The notes: generated from the letters alone by a model not told the origin. A stretch of DNA of 64,000 bases from Candidatus Peregrinibacteria bacterium GW2011_GWF2_38_29 (GCA_000992695.1 LBUS01000006.1:21489-85488), one strand, 5' to 3'; numbered from the stretch's first letter, positions 50,608-60,022 are shown. A program made the numbers and translations.

Positions 50608-50964
50608 ATGGACGAAAGAGTAATAAAAACGGCAGATACGTTGCTTGAAGCTTCAAAGGAAATTGCGGGGAGCTTAAGAGGCGCAGCAGATCACGACCCA
50701 AAAGTAACTGGAAGACTTTTAGAGGTTTCAAGAAGATGCGGAGAGTTGATTGGCGCTTTACCGGGGAAAGCAAGAAGCATAGGCAGGCAGGATTTTGTTA
50801 GCGCTATTGATGCAGCAGGAGAAACTATCGTTCGCTATACGACGGTAGAAAGGGCGAAAGGGCTTGTCACGGGCAAAGGGCTTGAAGGTGAAAACTTAGC
50901 AAATCTTTTTATAGAAGCAATGCGTATACGCCTTGAAAGAATTTGGCCGGAACAAGCTGTTTGA
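50608..50964 (+). CDS. Orphan helical protein, tandem family copy 2
   Basis: 118-aa ORF; similar helical pattern. Confidence 0.6.
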   Translation: MDERVIKTADTLLEASKEIAGSLRGAADHDPKVTGRLLEVSRRCGELIGALPGKARSIGRQDFVSAIDAAGETIVRYTTVERAKGLVTGKGLEGENLANLFIEAMRIRLERIWPEQAV

Positions 50965-50991
50965 TATTAATTTTTTAAGAATTTTCATAGC

Positions 50992-51438
50992 ATGAACAGG
51001 GTTGAATTTTTTTCGAATTTCTCGCAGGAAGTTGCAGTGAGAGATAAACAAATTGCTGTAGAATTAGCCGATATGGATATGATGAGCGCATTTGGTGGGG
51101 CTCAAACATCCGATTTAGAAGAGCTAATACGAGCTATCGAGTATGTTCACTCAGATTTCAAAAAATTGCTGTATATGAAAGATTTGGTTCTCAGGAATGA
51201 TCTTGAAGGCAAGGAATTAACTGGCCAACACGTTTTTGATTGTCTTTATTTGGCGGCAATGAATGTTTTGCAATGTCACGACATAGACGGTCGGATCGAA
51301 GGTTCAAGAGAGGCTAAAAATCGAAAAGAAGGTATGGTTATGAGATACGTTAAAGAAGTCCGCGCAAAGATATTTGAAGAGTTTAGGGGAAGATATAGGT
51401 TTTACCGTTTCGAAGACGGTGAAGAAGGCGAATATTAA
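50992..51438 (+). CDS. Orphan helical protein, tandem family copy 3
   Basis: 148-aa ORF; similar helical pattern. Confidence 0.6.
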   Translation: MNRVEFFSNFSQEVAVRDKQIAVELADMDMMSAFGGAQTSDLEELIRAIEYVHSDFKKLLYMKDLVLRNDLEGKELTGQHVFDCLYLAAMNVLQCHDIDGRIEGSREAKNRKEGMVMRYVKEVRAKIFEEFRGRYRFYRFEDGEEGEY

Positions 51439-51455
51439 AATTTAATAAATTTTTT

Positions 51456-51884
51456 ATGGCATTAATAAGTGAAGTCGCCGAAGAATCAGCTTTAAAAAAC
51501 AATATCCATTTCGATTTAATTGATGCCGTTTATGGCATTGGTAGAAGTCTTGAGCCGCTTGCAAAAGAAATTGGAAAATGTGTTTCTGAAAATCCGGAAG
51601 AGGCACAAGATGCATTAAGTAGGGTGGCTACAAATATAGTTCAAAGAATAAATAGAATTTTTGATACGACAAACTGGAACGATGATAACGATTTATATAA
51701 AGATAATTTGCGGGCCACGATCAGGCGCGCAGGTCCTTGCATTCTTGGGACGGACGAAATCGACAGACGTGATCTATTTAATGGCACAAAAACGCCGACT
51801 GATCCGGGTCAAATTATGGCGGTTAATTTAATTTTAGATACACTTAATGCGCTTAATAAAATCTGTGACAAATACGGAATCTAA
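51456..51884 (+). CDS. Orphan helical protein, tandem family copy 4
   Basis: 142-aa ORF; NGTKTPTDPGQIMAVN. Confidence 0.65.
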   Translation: MALISEVAEESALKNNIHFDLIDAVYGIGRSLEPLAKEIGKCVSENPEEAQDALSRVATNIVQRINRIFDTTNWNDDNDLYKDNLRATIRRAGPCILGTDEIDRRDLFNGTKTPTDPGQIMAVNLILDTLNALNKICDKYGI

Positions 51885-51885
51885 A

Positions 51886-51941
51886 TGTTAATTTGGATTT
51901 TGGATTTTGTTAATTTGGATTTTGGATTTTGTTAATTTGGA
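51886..51941. repeat. 22-bp tandem repeat (2.5 copies) overlapping the nrnA stop
   Basis: TGTTAATTTGGATTTTGGATTT x2 plus TGTTAATTTGGA. Confidence 0.9.
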
Positions 51942-52885
51942 ACAATTCTAATTGTCGTATTTTCAACGATCCTCCCCGGAATCCCAAATCCACCGGCCTT
52001 CCTGTGCCCTCCTCCACCAAGTAATTTTGAAATCGCAGTCAAATCAATTTCATCGTTTTTTGTTCTCAGTGAGCCCTTTATTATGCCATTATCGTCCTCT
52101 GTCAAAAGCACGCAAAGCTTTCCGCCTTCCGTCATGTTCAAAAAATCAATAACTCGATCAACTTCGGAAATTTTAGCGCCACATTGTTTCACATCATCAA
52201 TTGTTACAACCGAAACAACAACACCGCCTTCCGTCATTTTCACTTTTTCCAGAATTCTTCCCCAAAGTTTTATTTGTGGAAGCGTCATTGTTCGAAAAAG
52301 CGTACGAACAATTTTCATCTTATCCGCACCAAGTTTTGTGAGTTCCGCTGCAACATGCAAAGTCTCAAAATCCGTATTGGAATGCATAAAACTGCCTGTA
52401 TCAAAATAAAGTCCGAGAAGTAAAGCGGTCGCGGTTTTTCTTGTTATTGGCCAAGAAAAATATTTGAAAATTTGATAAACCAAAAACGAAGTCGAACACG
52501 CATCGCCGGCTACAAAATTATATTTCGCATATTTTGTATTCGAAATGTGATGATCGATACTCAAATCCACTTCCAAATCATCAAAGCCAAGCATATGGCT
52601 CGAACTTATATCAACCGAAATAATCAAATCAAATTGTAAAAAGTCCGCATCACTTACAAATAAATTCGCTTCTTCAAAATTCAAATAATAATCTTTCATT
52701 TTATCCGCGCAAATGCTCACAACATTTTTTCCAATCGATTTTAAATAATATCGTAGTGCCAAATTACATCCGATAGTGTCGCCATCCGGATTCCTATGCG
52801 AAATTATCGCGATATCATTCGCAGAATCAATCAGCGTTTTTATACGCAGAAGTTCATCTTCGTGTAAAATGTTGTCTTTCCTCAT
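51932..52885 (-). CDS. nrnA: DHH/DHHA1 phosphoesterase (oligoribonuclease/pAp phosphatase NrnA-like)
   Basis: SHRNPDGD, VD, IDHH, DTGSF, SLR, GGGHRKAGG. Confidence 0.88.
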   Translation of the reverse strand: MRKDNILHEDELLRIKTLIDSANDIAIISHRNPDGDTIGCNLALRYYLKSIGKNVVSICADKMKDYYLNFEEANLFVSDADFLQFDLIISVDISSSHMLGFDDLEVDLSIDHHISNTKYAKYNFVAGDACSTSFLVYQIFKYFSWPITRKTATALLLGLYFDTGSFMHSNTDFETLHVAAELTKLGADKMKIVRTLFRTMTLPQIKLWGRILEKVKMTEGGVVVSVVTIDDVKQCGAKISEVDRVIDFLNMTEGGKLCVLLTEDDNGIIKGSLRTKNDEIDLTAISKLLGGGGHRKAGGFGIPGRIVENTTIRIVPN

Positions 52886-52905
52886 ATAATGTATCTAGGA
52901 GATTT

Positions 52906-53919
52906 ATGATATCACAAATGCGCGACCAAATTACAGATAAAATTAAAAAGTTTTCTATTGAACTTGGTTTTGATTTGATAAAAATTATTCCTGCGCATGC
53001 AAAACCATCCGAAAAACGAAGGCTTAAAAAATGGCTCTCTTTAGGCAAAAATGCAGATATGGAATGGATGAAAAATAATTCAGATCTTCGCGCCGATCCA
53101 GATAAAATTCTTCCCGGCGCAAAATCAATTATTTGTCTTGCCACAAATTATTTTAATTCTGTGGAGCCGCGTTTGCATGAAGATAGCGTAAAAATTGCGC
53201 GTTATGCATGGTCAAAAAACTATCACAAAATTATCGAAAAACGTTTAAAATATTTTGAAGAATTTATTAAAAAACTGGCTCCAAAAGCCAAAATAAAAAG
53301 GTACGTTGATACGGGCCCATTTCTTGAAAGATATTTTGCGTCGCAGGCCGGTTTGGGTTTTATAGGAAAAAATAATTGCTTAATAACTCGTGAATTCGGC
53401 TCTTTTGTTTTTCTTGCGGAAATAATTACGGATCTTGCGCTTTCGCCCGACGAGACTTTTCGCCGATTCGCTAGCCAATCTTCTCGCTCATCTTCCATTT
53501 CACCTTCCACTTCCGCCGCCGCTTGCTTCTCCTCAACTTCTCTTCCTCCGTCCCCCTCTTGTGGCACCTGCACGCGTTGCATAGACGCATGTCCAACCGG
53601 CGCACTCAAGCCTCACAATCTCGATGCCCGAAAATGCATTTCATACCTCACAATTGAATCAAAAAAACCGTTTCCAAAATCTATTCGCGCAAAAATCAAA
53701 CCGTGGATTTTTGGTTGTGACGCTTGTCAAAACGCTTGTCCGCACAATGTCCGCGCAACTCCAACGAAAAATCCGGATTTCGCTCTTGCCGCTCCACTCC
53801 GCACACTCACTCTTTCTCAACTTCGCACCATAAAAACCGAAGATGAATTCAAAAACCTCCTTGCCGGCACTTCCTTAATTCGTGCCAAATTCAAAGGCAT
53901 GAAGAGAAATATTAAATAA
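52906..53919 (+). CDS. queG: Epoxyqueuosine reductase
   Basis: M.WM, IARYAW..NYH, VDTGP.LER, GLGFIGKN, GS.VFL, CGTCTRCIDACPTGA, CISYLTIE, FGCD.CQ..CP.N. Confidence 0.93.
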   Translation: MISQMRDQITDKIKKFSIELGFDLIKIIPAHAKPSEKRRLKKWLSLGKNADMEWMKNNSDLRADPDKILPGAKSIICLATNYFNSVEPRLHEDSVKIARYAWSKNYHKIIEKRLKYFEEFIKKLAPKAKIKRYVDTGPFLERYFASQAGLGFIGKNNCLITREFGSFVFLAEIITDLALSPDETFRRFASQSSRSSSISPSTSAAACFSSTSLPPSPSCGTCTRCIDACPTGALKPHNLDARKCISYLTIESKKPFPKSIRAKIKPWIFGCDACQNACPHNVRATPTKNPDFALAAPLRTLTLSQLRTIKTEDEFKNLLAGTSLIRAKFKGMKRNIK

Positions 53920-54111
53920 AAACATATTTTGACTCTAGGTTAAGAACTCCAAAAAACCTCAAAAGAAAGCCGAAAATGCCTTAGTCAAATTCCGTCTCGG
54001 TCCAGAAAATGGACATTTTTGAAGTTTATTTTTTGATATAAAAATAAGAATCCAGGCTCGAGTCGATTATAAAAAAATCCCCGCCAAGACTGACGGTTAC
54101 GTGCGAAGTTT

Positions 54112-55395
54112 TTATTTTAATAAATCATTAAGCTCACAAGACAACAAGGTTGATTTATTAAGCAAGATCTGTTCGTTCGGGTTCAAATTATCGGCTGTCA
54201 TTCGTATAACCTTGGTAGCGATGCCATTCCCAAGTATTATTCGGTTTATTTTTTTAAAATATTTTTCATTTTTCTGATTAAAAAGTGCTGCATACCGTTT
54301 AAGTGTTTCCCCTGGGGCAGAGTGGGTACTCCATCTGGTATCCCCAAATTCAATTTTGTCTTCCAAGCTTTTATCTATTTCGATTGGCAAGCCTCCTTCC
54401 AGAAAATTAATCCAATAGTCGCTTATCGTATAAACTATCCTGACCGATTCTCCGTCTTCCGTTTCATATGAATATGTAAAAATATAATTGTCAGAGTGAA
54501 AGTCCTGGCTTATTCCAATGCGTTTAAGGCTTTTTACTGTGTGAATTTTATATCCATTCAATAATTGAAAATAACTTTCACGCCAATTCTTAAGCCAATC
54601 TTCAATGAACATTCGATTTACGAATAAAAGCGAAAGATCGTTTTTAAGATTTTCGTTACTTACCTTATTCATTTGGATTGTGAGTTTATCAAAAAGCGTA
54701 CGTGGATCTTTTGCATCAATGCCTTTGGCTGTAAGATAATCAAAATCCGGTATTGTTTTTTTACTCATGTACCATAGCAAATCGTAAATATCACGCCCCT
54801 TTTCTTCATAAACGGCTTTTCCTACGCCACGTGTCCCGCGCAAGAAAATAGCGGCGAGCTTACTTGCCATAAGAGCACCCATATTGTAGGTCAAAATGAC
54901 GAATGAAAGCTGACTATGATTTATTGGTCGGCGTTCGGTCGTAATTTTTGGGGCAATAAAATGATTCAAATCAATTTTTACATGCACTTGGTTTGAAGCA
55001 TGGCCAAGGTCTAACGCTTCCCCTATGTGAAATTTTAAAGTTAATCCTCTGCCGGTGGTTATTTTTATGGTAAGAAAGGTGCTATCGGCATTATACGTAT
55101 TAACGAAATGTTTTTCGACTTCTTTTTTTAATTTTTCTAAAAACTTATTTGTCACCGGATGAGAGACTTCAAAGTCTAAATCAACAGACATGCGATTAAG
55201 GTCGTGAATTATACGAAGCGCGGAGCCACCATACATAATCCATCCATTGTATTCAGGATGATGATAGATAAAATTGAGAACATAAAACTGCAATTCTTCT
55301 TTAAGAGCATTGCGGCGTGTTTCAGCGTCAATTTCGCCATAAGCGGATAGGCCATTAAGAATTCTTTTTAAAACCGCAGATATTTGTTCGCTCAT
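54112..55395 (-). CDS. AbiEii/AbiGii-family nucleotidyltransferase toxin with C-terminal extension
   Basis: GGSALR...L.R.S.DLDF, KID, ASKL.A, KGRDIYDL.WY; ATGA overlap with the antitoxin. Confidence 0.88.
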   Translation of the reverse strand: MSEQISAVLKRILNGLSAYGEIDAETRRNALKEELQFYVLNFIYHHPEYNGWIMYGGSALRIIHDLNRMSVDLDFEVSHPVTNKFLEKLKKEVEKHFVNTYNADSTFLTIKITTGRGLTLKFHIGEALDLGHASNQVHVKIDLNHFIAPKITTERRPINHSQLSFVILTYNMGALMASKLAAIFLRGTRGVGKAVYEEKGRDIYDLLWYMSKKTIPDFDYLTAKGIDAKDPRTLFDKLTIQMNKVSNENLKNDLSLLFVNRMFIEDWLKNWRESYFQLLNGYKIHTVKSLKRIGISQDFHSDNYIFTYSYETEDGESVRIVYTISDYWINFLEGGLPIEIDKSLEDKIEFGDTRWSTHSAPGETLKRYAALFNQKNEKYFKKINRIILGNGIATKVIRMTADNLNPNEQILLNKSTLLSCELNDLLK

Positions 55396-56003
55396 ATAAT
55401 TTTTTTAATCATTAAATGAAACTTTTTTTGTTCTTCTTCATCCATTTCGTCAATATCTATCCGTAATTCCTCTATTAATGTTTTGATTTGTTTCAAGTGA
55501 GTGCCTCGGAGCTGATGCGTTCTAAAATATAGTAAGTCAAATAACGCCTTAGACGGTGAAGCGATGTAAAAATCAAACTTTCCATTAACTAAAGAAAAGT
55601 CTGTAAAAACCCCTTTTTTGATTGACTGATATGTAAAATTTCCCGCTTTCGTTGTGTAGTCTCTGGTTGTCTTTAATGTCACTGAAGTGATTGAATGGAT
55701 TGCTTCCGTAACCATGTTGTAATACTGAAGAGCTGTCCACGAGCTAACATACGATGGTGTACGGATAACATTGGCAAGATAGAATGAGTATGAAATATCT
55801 TTTCGGTTTTTTTCAAAAAAATCCACAGATACATATAAGCCCTTTTTTAACTGGAGAATCTCTTTATGTTTCAAAAAACGACTAATATAAGTATCAATTG
55901 TTGCATCTTTAAGTCCCAGCTGTTTTCCAAGCTGATAAACGGTGTTTTTGTCGAAGTGAGGGAACGATTTTAGCTGTTCTAACAGGTTTTTCTTATTTTT
56001 CAT
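55392..56003 (-). CDS. AbiEi-type antitoxin (type IV TA)
   Basis: wHTH LKKGLY, PSYVS..TAL.YY....E...ITSVT, A.P.KALFD.LY. Confidence 0.85.
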   Translation of the reverse strand: MKNKKNLLEQLKSFPHFDKNTVYQLGKQLGLKDATIDTYISRFLKHKEILQLKKGLYVSVDFFEKNRKDISYSFYLANVIRTPSYVSSWTALQYYNMVTEAIHSITSVTLKTTRDYTTKAGNFTYQSIKKGVFTDFSLVNGKFDFYIASPSKALFDLLYFRTHQLRGTHLKQIKTLIEELRIDIDEMDEEEQKKFHLMIKKII

Positions 56004-56006
56004 AAA

Positions 56007-56044
56007 TATGACACTAGTGTATCATAAGTGAAACGGAATGTCAA
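56007..56044 (-). promoter_or_regulatory. abiE promoter with palindromic operator
   Basis: TTGACA(56044-56039)-N17-TACACT; ACACTAGTGT palindrome (56011-56020) overlaps the -10 element. Confidence 0.65.
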
Positions 56045-56077
56045 TCTTATTTCTCTGTATACTTATCAAATTAGTTG

Positions 56078-56839
56078 TTACTCCAGCTCCACGTAAACCG
56101 CTTTATGATCCGAATAAGTTTCGATTATTTCTTTTTTATTTGTAGTGAACCCTTTACCATAAATCAGATCCAAGCATTTCGAATAAAAATTCCTGAAAAG
56201 AAAAGTTGCACTGCAAGTCGGAGAATCCGCAGACAGAAGGCTAAATCCGGGGAGCAAATCGGAATAATTTTTCCGCCATTTTTCAGGCGTCATATTAAGA
56301 TCGCCCATCAAAATCACCCTTTTGCATTTATTTTTTCGAATTATTTTTTTTAAAACTTCAAGATATTTTCGCTTTGCGGTGTCAAGCCCTTTTCGCGGCC
56401 AATGCACACCAATAACCAAGCAATCAAGCGGTTTGATAACGGTCGAAACCATTCCGCCTCCATTCCCGGGCCTTTTTGGCACATCAAATTCAATGTTGTC
56501 TTGCGTTTCATTTTCTTGTTTCGTCGCCAATATTAGCTGAACATTTTTACCCGCATTTCCATAACCATGCCCTTTCCCAACGTGAACTGATTTATAACCA
56601 TTTTTGCGTAGTTTATCAGCTAAATAATCAGTTTGTGTTCCTCCCAAAACTTCCATCAATAACAAAATTTCCGGCTGTTTGTTTTTCACAACATCCAAAG
56701 TACGATCCAAATCAGCATATTTTTCAATTTTATCGTGCCTATTCAAATAATGATCCGCATGCGTCCGCAAAAACCCGACCAAATTTTTGGCGTTTGTACT
56801 ATAACAAGTATTAAAAACAAGGACTGAAAGTTTTTTCAT
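56078..56839 (-). CDS. Endonuclease/exonuclease/phosphatase-family protein
   Basis: VFN, L.E, H, ILMGDLN, LD.I, SDH motifs. Confidence 0.85.
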   Translation of the reverse strand: MKKLSVLVFNTCYSTNAKNLVGFLRTHADHYLNRHDKIEKYADLDRTLDVVKNKQPEILLLMEVLGGTQTDYLADKLRKNGYKSVHVGKGHGYGNAGKNVQLILATKQENETQDNIEFDVPKRPGNGGGMVSTVIKPLDCLVIGVHWPRKGLDTAKRKYLEVLKKIIRKNKCKRVILMGDLNMTPEKWRKNYSDLLPGFSLLSADSPTCSATFLFRNFYSKCLDLIYGKGFTTNKKEIIETYSDHKAVYVELE

Positions 56840-56851
56840 AATTAAATAACC

Positions 56852-56887
56852 GAAAATTATTTGATAATTGTAAGTGAATTGATAATT
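56852..56887 (-). repeat. Degenerate heptamer element after korB
   Basis: AATTATC AATTCAC TTAC AATTATC AAAT AATTTTC. Confidence 0.45.
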
Positions 56888-56895
56888 AATACTTT

Positions 56896-57762
56896 TTACA
56901 CAAATTTCTTCATCAACGGTTCAATATTAACATTCTTAATATCCTGATACACAAGCGGCTGTTTCAACAATTGTGGTTCCGCCTCTTCCTCTATTTCTCT
57001 CGTTTCCTGATAAAAAATTCCAATCGGCAATTTATCACCGCCTTCTTGTGCTTTTTTCCATGCCGCTTCCCTGTCATTCGTTTTATAATTCGGATCATCA
57101 TTCAATTTATAAACTCTCTGTTGAAAATATGCGTAAGTATTTATTTTATTAAACGTCACGCATGGTTGAAAAATATCAATCAAAGAAAATCCTTTATGCT
57201 TGATTCCCTCCATAATAAGCCATTTTAAGTGAACGATATCTCCCGCAAATCCCCTCGCAATAAACGTTGCGCCGGAATTAATTGCAAGAGCTATAGGGTT
57301 TATTGGAGTTTCAACAACGCCAAACGGAGTTGATTTTGTTTTCATTCCCTTCTCGGAAGTTGGCGATGCTTGACCCTTTGTTAAGCCATAAATCTGGTTA
57401 TCGTTAACCATATAAAGCAAATCAATATTTCTTCGCATCGTATGCATAAAATGTCCGATTCCAATCCCATATCCATCGCCATCGCCGCCCATATCAATAA
57501 CCGTCAGCGAATGATTCCCGAGTTTTGCACCGGTCGCAATCGGCAAACTTCTTCCATGTAAAGTGTGCATTCCATAAGCATTAACCCAGTGAGAAGCCTT
57601 ACTGCCACATCCGATTCCAGTCACAAAAAACACTTTATGCGGTTCAAGTCCAAGTTCTGTGAGTGCCTGTTTTATTGCCATCTGTATCCCGAAAAGTCCG
57701 CATCCCGGGCACCAATCCGGTTTTGCTACTGAATCAAAACTTGCTTTTTTTATGCTTGCCAT
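56896..57762 (-). CDS. korB: 2-oxoacid:ferredoxin oxidoreductase beta subunit
   Basis: WCPGCG, GIGC, HGR, GGDGD...IG (TPP motif), N..YGLTKGQ.SPT, QPCVTFN. Confidence 0.93.
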   Translation of the reverse strand: MASIKKASFDSVAKPDWCPGCGLFGIQMAIKQALTELGLEPHKVFFVTGIGCGSKASHWVNAYGMHTLHGRSLPIATGAKLGNHSLTVIDMGGDGDGYGIGIGHFMHTMRRNIDLLYMVNDNQIYGLTKGQASPTSEKGMKTKSTPFGVVETPINPIALAINSGATFIARGFAGDIVHLKWLIMEGIKHKGFSLIDIFQPCVTFNKINTYAYFQQRVYKLNDDPNYKTNDREAAWKKAQEGGDKLPIGIFYQETREIEEEAEPQLLKQPLVYQDIKNVNIEPLMKKFV

Positions 57763-57772
57763 AATTTTGTTG

Positions 57773-59539
57773 TTATACAGGGACAGTCTTCGAAGAAGCC
57801 TGTCCGGTTTTTAGCTTCACTTCATTATAAATTTGTTTAGCCGTAAACGGTCTTCCACTATAATCCAAAATTCTTTCTTCAATAAATATTCCGGTTTTTT
57901 CACGAATCAAATCTGCAAGTTGTCCGCTGAAATTTTCTTCAACATCAACAATTCTTTTTGCTTTTCCAAGAATTTTCGCGACTTCTTCGGAATGGAATGG
58001 GATGAAATATTTTATTTGCAAAAAGTTCGCGCTCACGTCATCTTTTGCGAGTAATTCAATTGCTTCCAAGATTGATCCTTTTGGTGATCCCCAAGACACA
58101 AACGTAATATCCGCATTTGCTGGTCCAATTAACTTTGGCGCAGGCAATCCTTTTCTTAAAGTATCAATTTTTCTCATCCTTTTATTCATCTTTTCAAGTC
58201 TGTTTGGAATATCTTCAACTATATCTCCATAATCATTATGTTCATCACTCGTGCATGTGAAAATTCCACCTTTTTCTCCCGCCAACGGTCGCGCAGAAAT
58301 TCCATCAGGCGAATCTTTATATCTCGGATATCGATCTTCTTTTGGATCCAAATCTTTTTCAAGAAGCAATTTCCCACGATCGATTTCAAGTTCTTTTGTA
58401 TCAAAGAAATCAACACTTCTTTCGCTTTCGGAAAGATATTTATCAGACAAAAACATAACAGGAATTTGATATTTATCCGCAACATTGAATGCCTGAAAAC
58501 CAAGATCAAAGCATTCTTCAGGATCCCCGGGCGCAACAACCATTCTTGGAGATTCATCTTGAGAAGCATGCATCATCAGCCTTAAATCCGGATGTCCGGT
58601 TCTCGTTGGAAGTCCTGTCGAAGGCCCCGGTCTTTGTACATTAACAATCACGATTCCGGTTTCAATCATTCCAGCAAGTCCAACCGCTTCAACCATCAAA
58701 GAAAACCCTCCGCCACTGGTCGCAGTCAAACTTCGAATTCCAACCGCGCTTGCTCCAATAATTGTATTTATCGCTGAAATTTCATCTTCAACATGCTTAA
58801 CAACAACGTTATATTCACGTGAATGCTCGGCCATAAAATGCAAAATTGAACTCGATGGCGTCATCGGATATTCGGCAACCAATTTGCATCCACCTTTGAT
58901 TGCGCCAATGCAAAAAGCATCATTTCCTTGGATCAGCATGCGCTGTTTCGCATCTTTCATTGCCGCCAAATTATATCCAAATTTCCCTTTATAATTTTCC
59001 TGCATATAGTCGTAACCCGCTTGTGCCGCATTATAATTGCTATTCACGATTTCATCGCCTTTTCTTCCAAAAGTTTGCTTCAAAGCTTCTTTAAAATAAT
59101 TCAAATCATAATCCAAAAGCCCAATGCACGCACCAATCGCGACAACATTTTTCATAATAATTCCGCCGCCTTTTGTTTTCGCAAGTTCAGCCATCGGAAT
59201 TCCAAATAAATTCACGCCATCCTTGCCTTTTGCATCTGGGAAATCAGCCGAATCATAAATAATTCCGCCGCCATTTGAAATCTCATCAATATGCTTTTCA
59301 AAAGTCTCTTTATTCAGCGCGCAAACCAAATCAACGTCATTTGTATGGCACGTTAAAGGTTTATCCGAAACACGAACTTTATTATAATTATGCCCTCCGC
59401 GAATCAGCGACGGATATTCCGCATTTGTAATCACAAAAAGCCCTCCGCGATTCAAAACCAGCGCAAACATATGCCCCGCGCTTTCCAGGCCTTGCCCCGC
59501 CTCCCCGCCAATCAACCAACTTAAATTATTTGTAATCAT
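57773..59539 (-). CDS. korA: 2-oxoacid:ferredoxin oxidoreductase alpha subunit (gamma-alpha fusion)
   Basis: GGEAGQG, YPSLIRGGH, YPMTPSS, EDEI, TSGGGFSLM.E, QRPGPSTGLPT. Confidence 0.93.
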   Translation of the reverse strand: MITNNLSWLIGGEAGQGLESAGHMFALVLNRGGLFVITNAEYPSLIRGGHNYNKVRVSDKPLTCHTNDVDLVCALNKETFEKHIDEISNGGGIIYDSADFPDAKGKDGVNLFGIPMAELAKTKGGGIIMKNVVAIGACIGLLDYDLNYFKEALKQTFGRKGDEIVNSNYNAAQAGYDYMQENYKGKFGYNLAAMKDAKQRMLIQGNDAFCIGAIKGGCKLVAEYPMTPSSSILHFMAEHSREYNVVVKHVEDEISAINTIIGASAVGIRSLTATSGGGFSLMVEAVGLAGMIETGIVIVNVQRPGPSTGLPTRTGHPDLRLMMHASQDESPRMVVAPGDPEECFDLGFQAFNVADKYQIPVMFLSDKYLSESERSVDFFDTKELEIDRGKLLLEKDLDPKEDRYPRYKDSPDGISARPLAGEKGGIFTCTSDEHNDYGDIVEDIPNRLEKMNKRMRKIDTLRKGLPAPKLIGPANADITFVSWGSPKGSILEAIELLAKDDVSANFLQIKYFIPFHSEEVAKILGKAKRIVDVEENFSGQLADLIREKTGIFIEERILDYSGRPFTAKQIYNEVKLKTGQASSKTVPV

Positions 59540-59653
59540 GCTTAAGAAAATATAACTTAAAACGACTATTTAAGGCAATAGGCAAAAAGCTTGACTTATA
59601 TAGCACCTTTTGTTATTATTGCTTCCTTCCTTATTTAATTAAAAATGTAATAC

Positions 59654-60022
59654 ATGGATCCAGAAAGCCCTAGAGTAGTTGCTGCAACAGAGCATAAATG
59701 TTATGGAGTAGGGACGCTAAAAGAGGTAGTAGAAGAAAGGTCATCAAGCATCAAAGCGATCGAAGTGGGAAATATATCAGGAGGAAAGTTAGGGTTAGAG
59801 CCCGTTGATATTGCGGTTCAGCACATGGAAAACGGTAGAACTCGTCCAATTTGTGATTATCTCGAGAGCACGGGTTGTTGTCTTAAATTGCAAGAAGCAA
59901 CAAGGCAAATATGCCTTATGGCACTTAATAAAGGAGTAGAAGCGGGCAGGGGGCCTGTGACAGAATATACCCATCAAACGCACGTGTGCAAATGGAAAGC
60001 ATTGCCGATAAGCAGAGGTTAA
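59654..60022 (+). CDS. Cys/His-rich orphan, paralog A
   Basis: H.C.G.GTLK...VQH...GRTRPIC..L...C...AT...C...H.C; promoter TTGACT(59591)-N17-TATTAT(59614). Confidence 0.7.
   Translation: MDPESPRVVAATEHKCYGVGTLKEVVEERSSSIKAIEVGNISGGKLGLEPVDIAVQHMENGRTRPICDYLESTGCCLKLQEATRQICLMALNKGVEAGRGPVTEYTHQTHVCKWKALPISRG

Noticed and set aside
51886-51941. Possible CRISPR repeat
   Set aside because: Repeats are contiguous with no spacers, and no cas genes are present
53925-54110. Intergenic region with small hairpins (GTCCA/TGGAC; TTATTTTT/AAAAATAA)
   Set aside because: Stems are short or AT-only; no coherent structure, promoter or recognised motif
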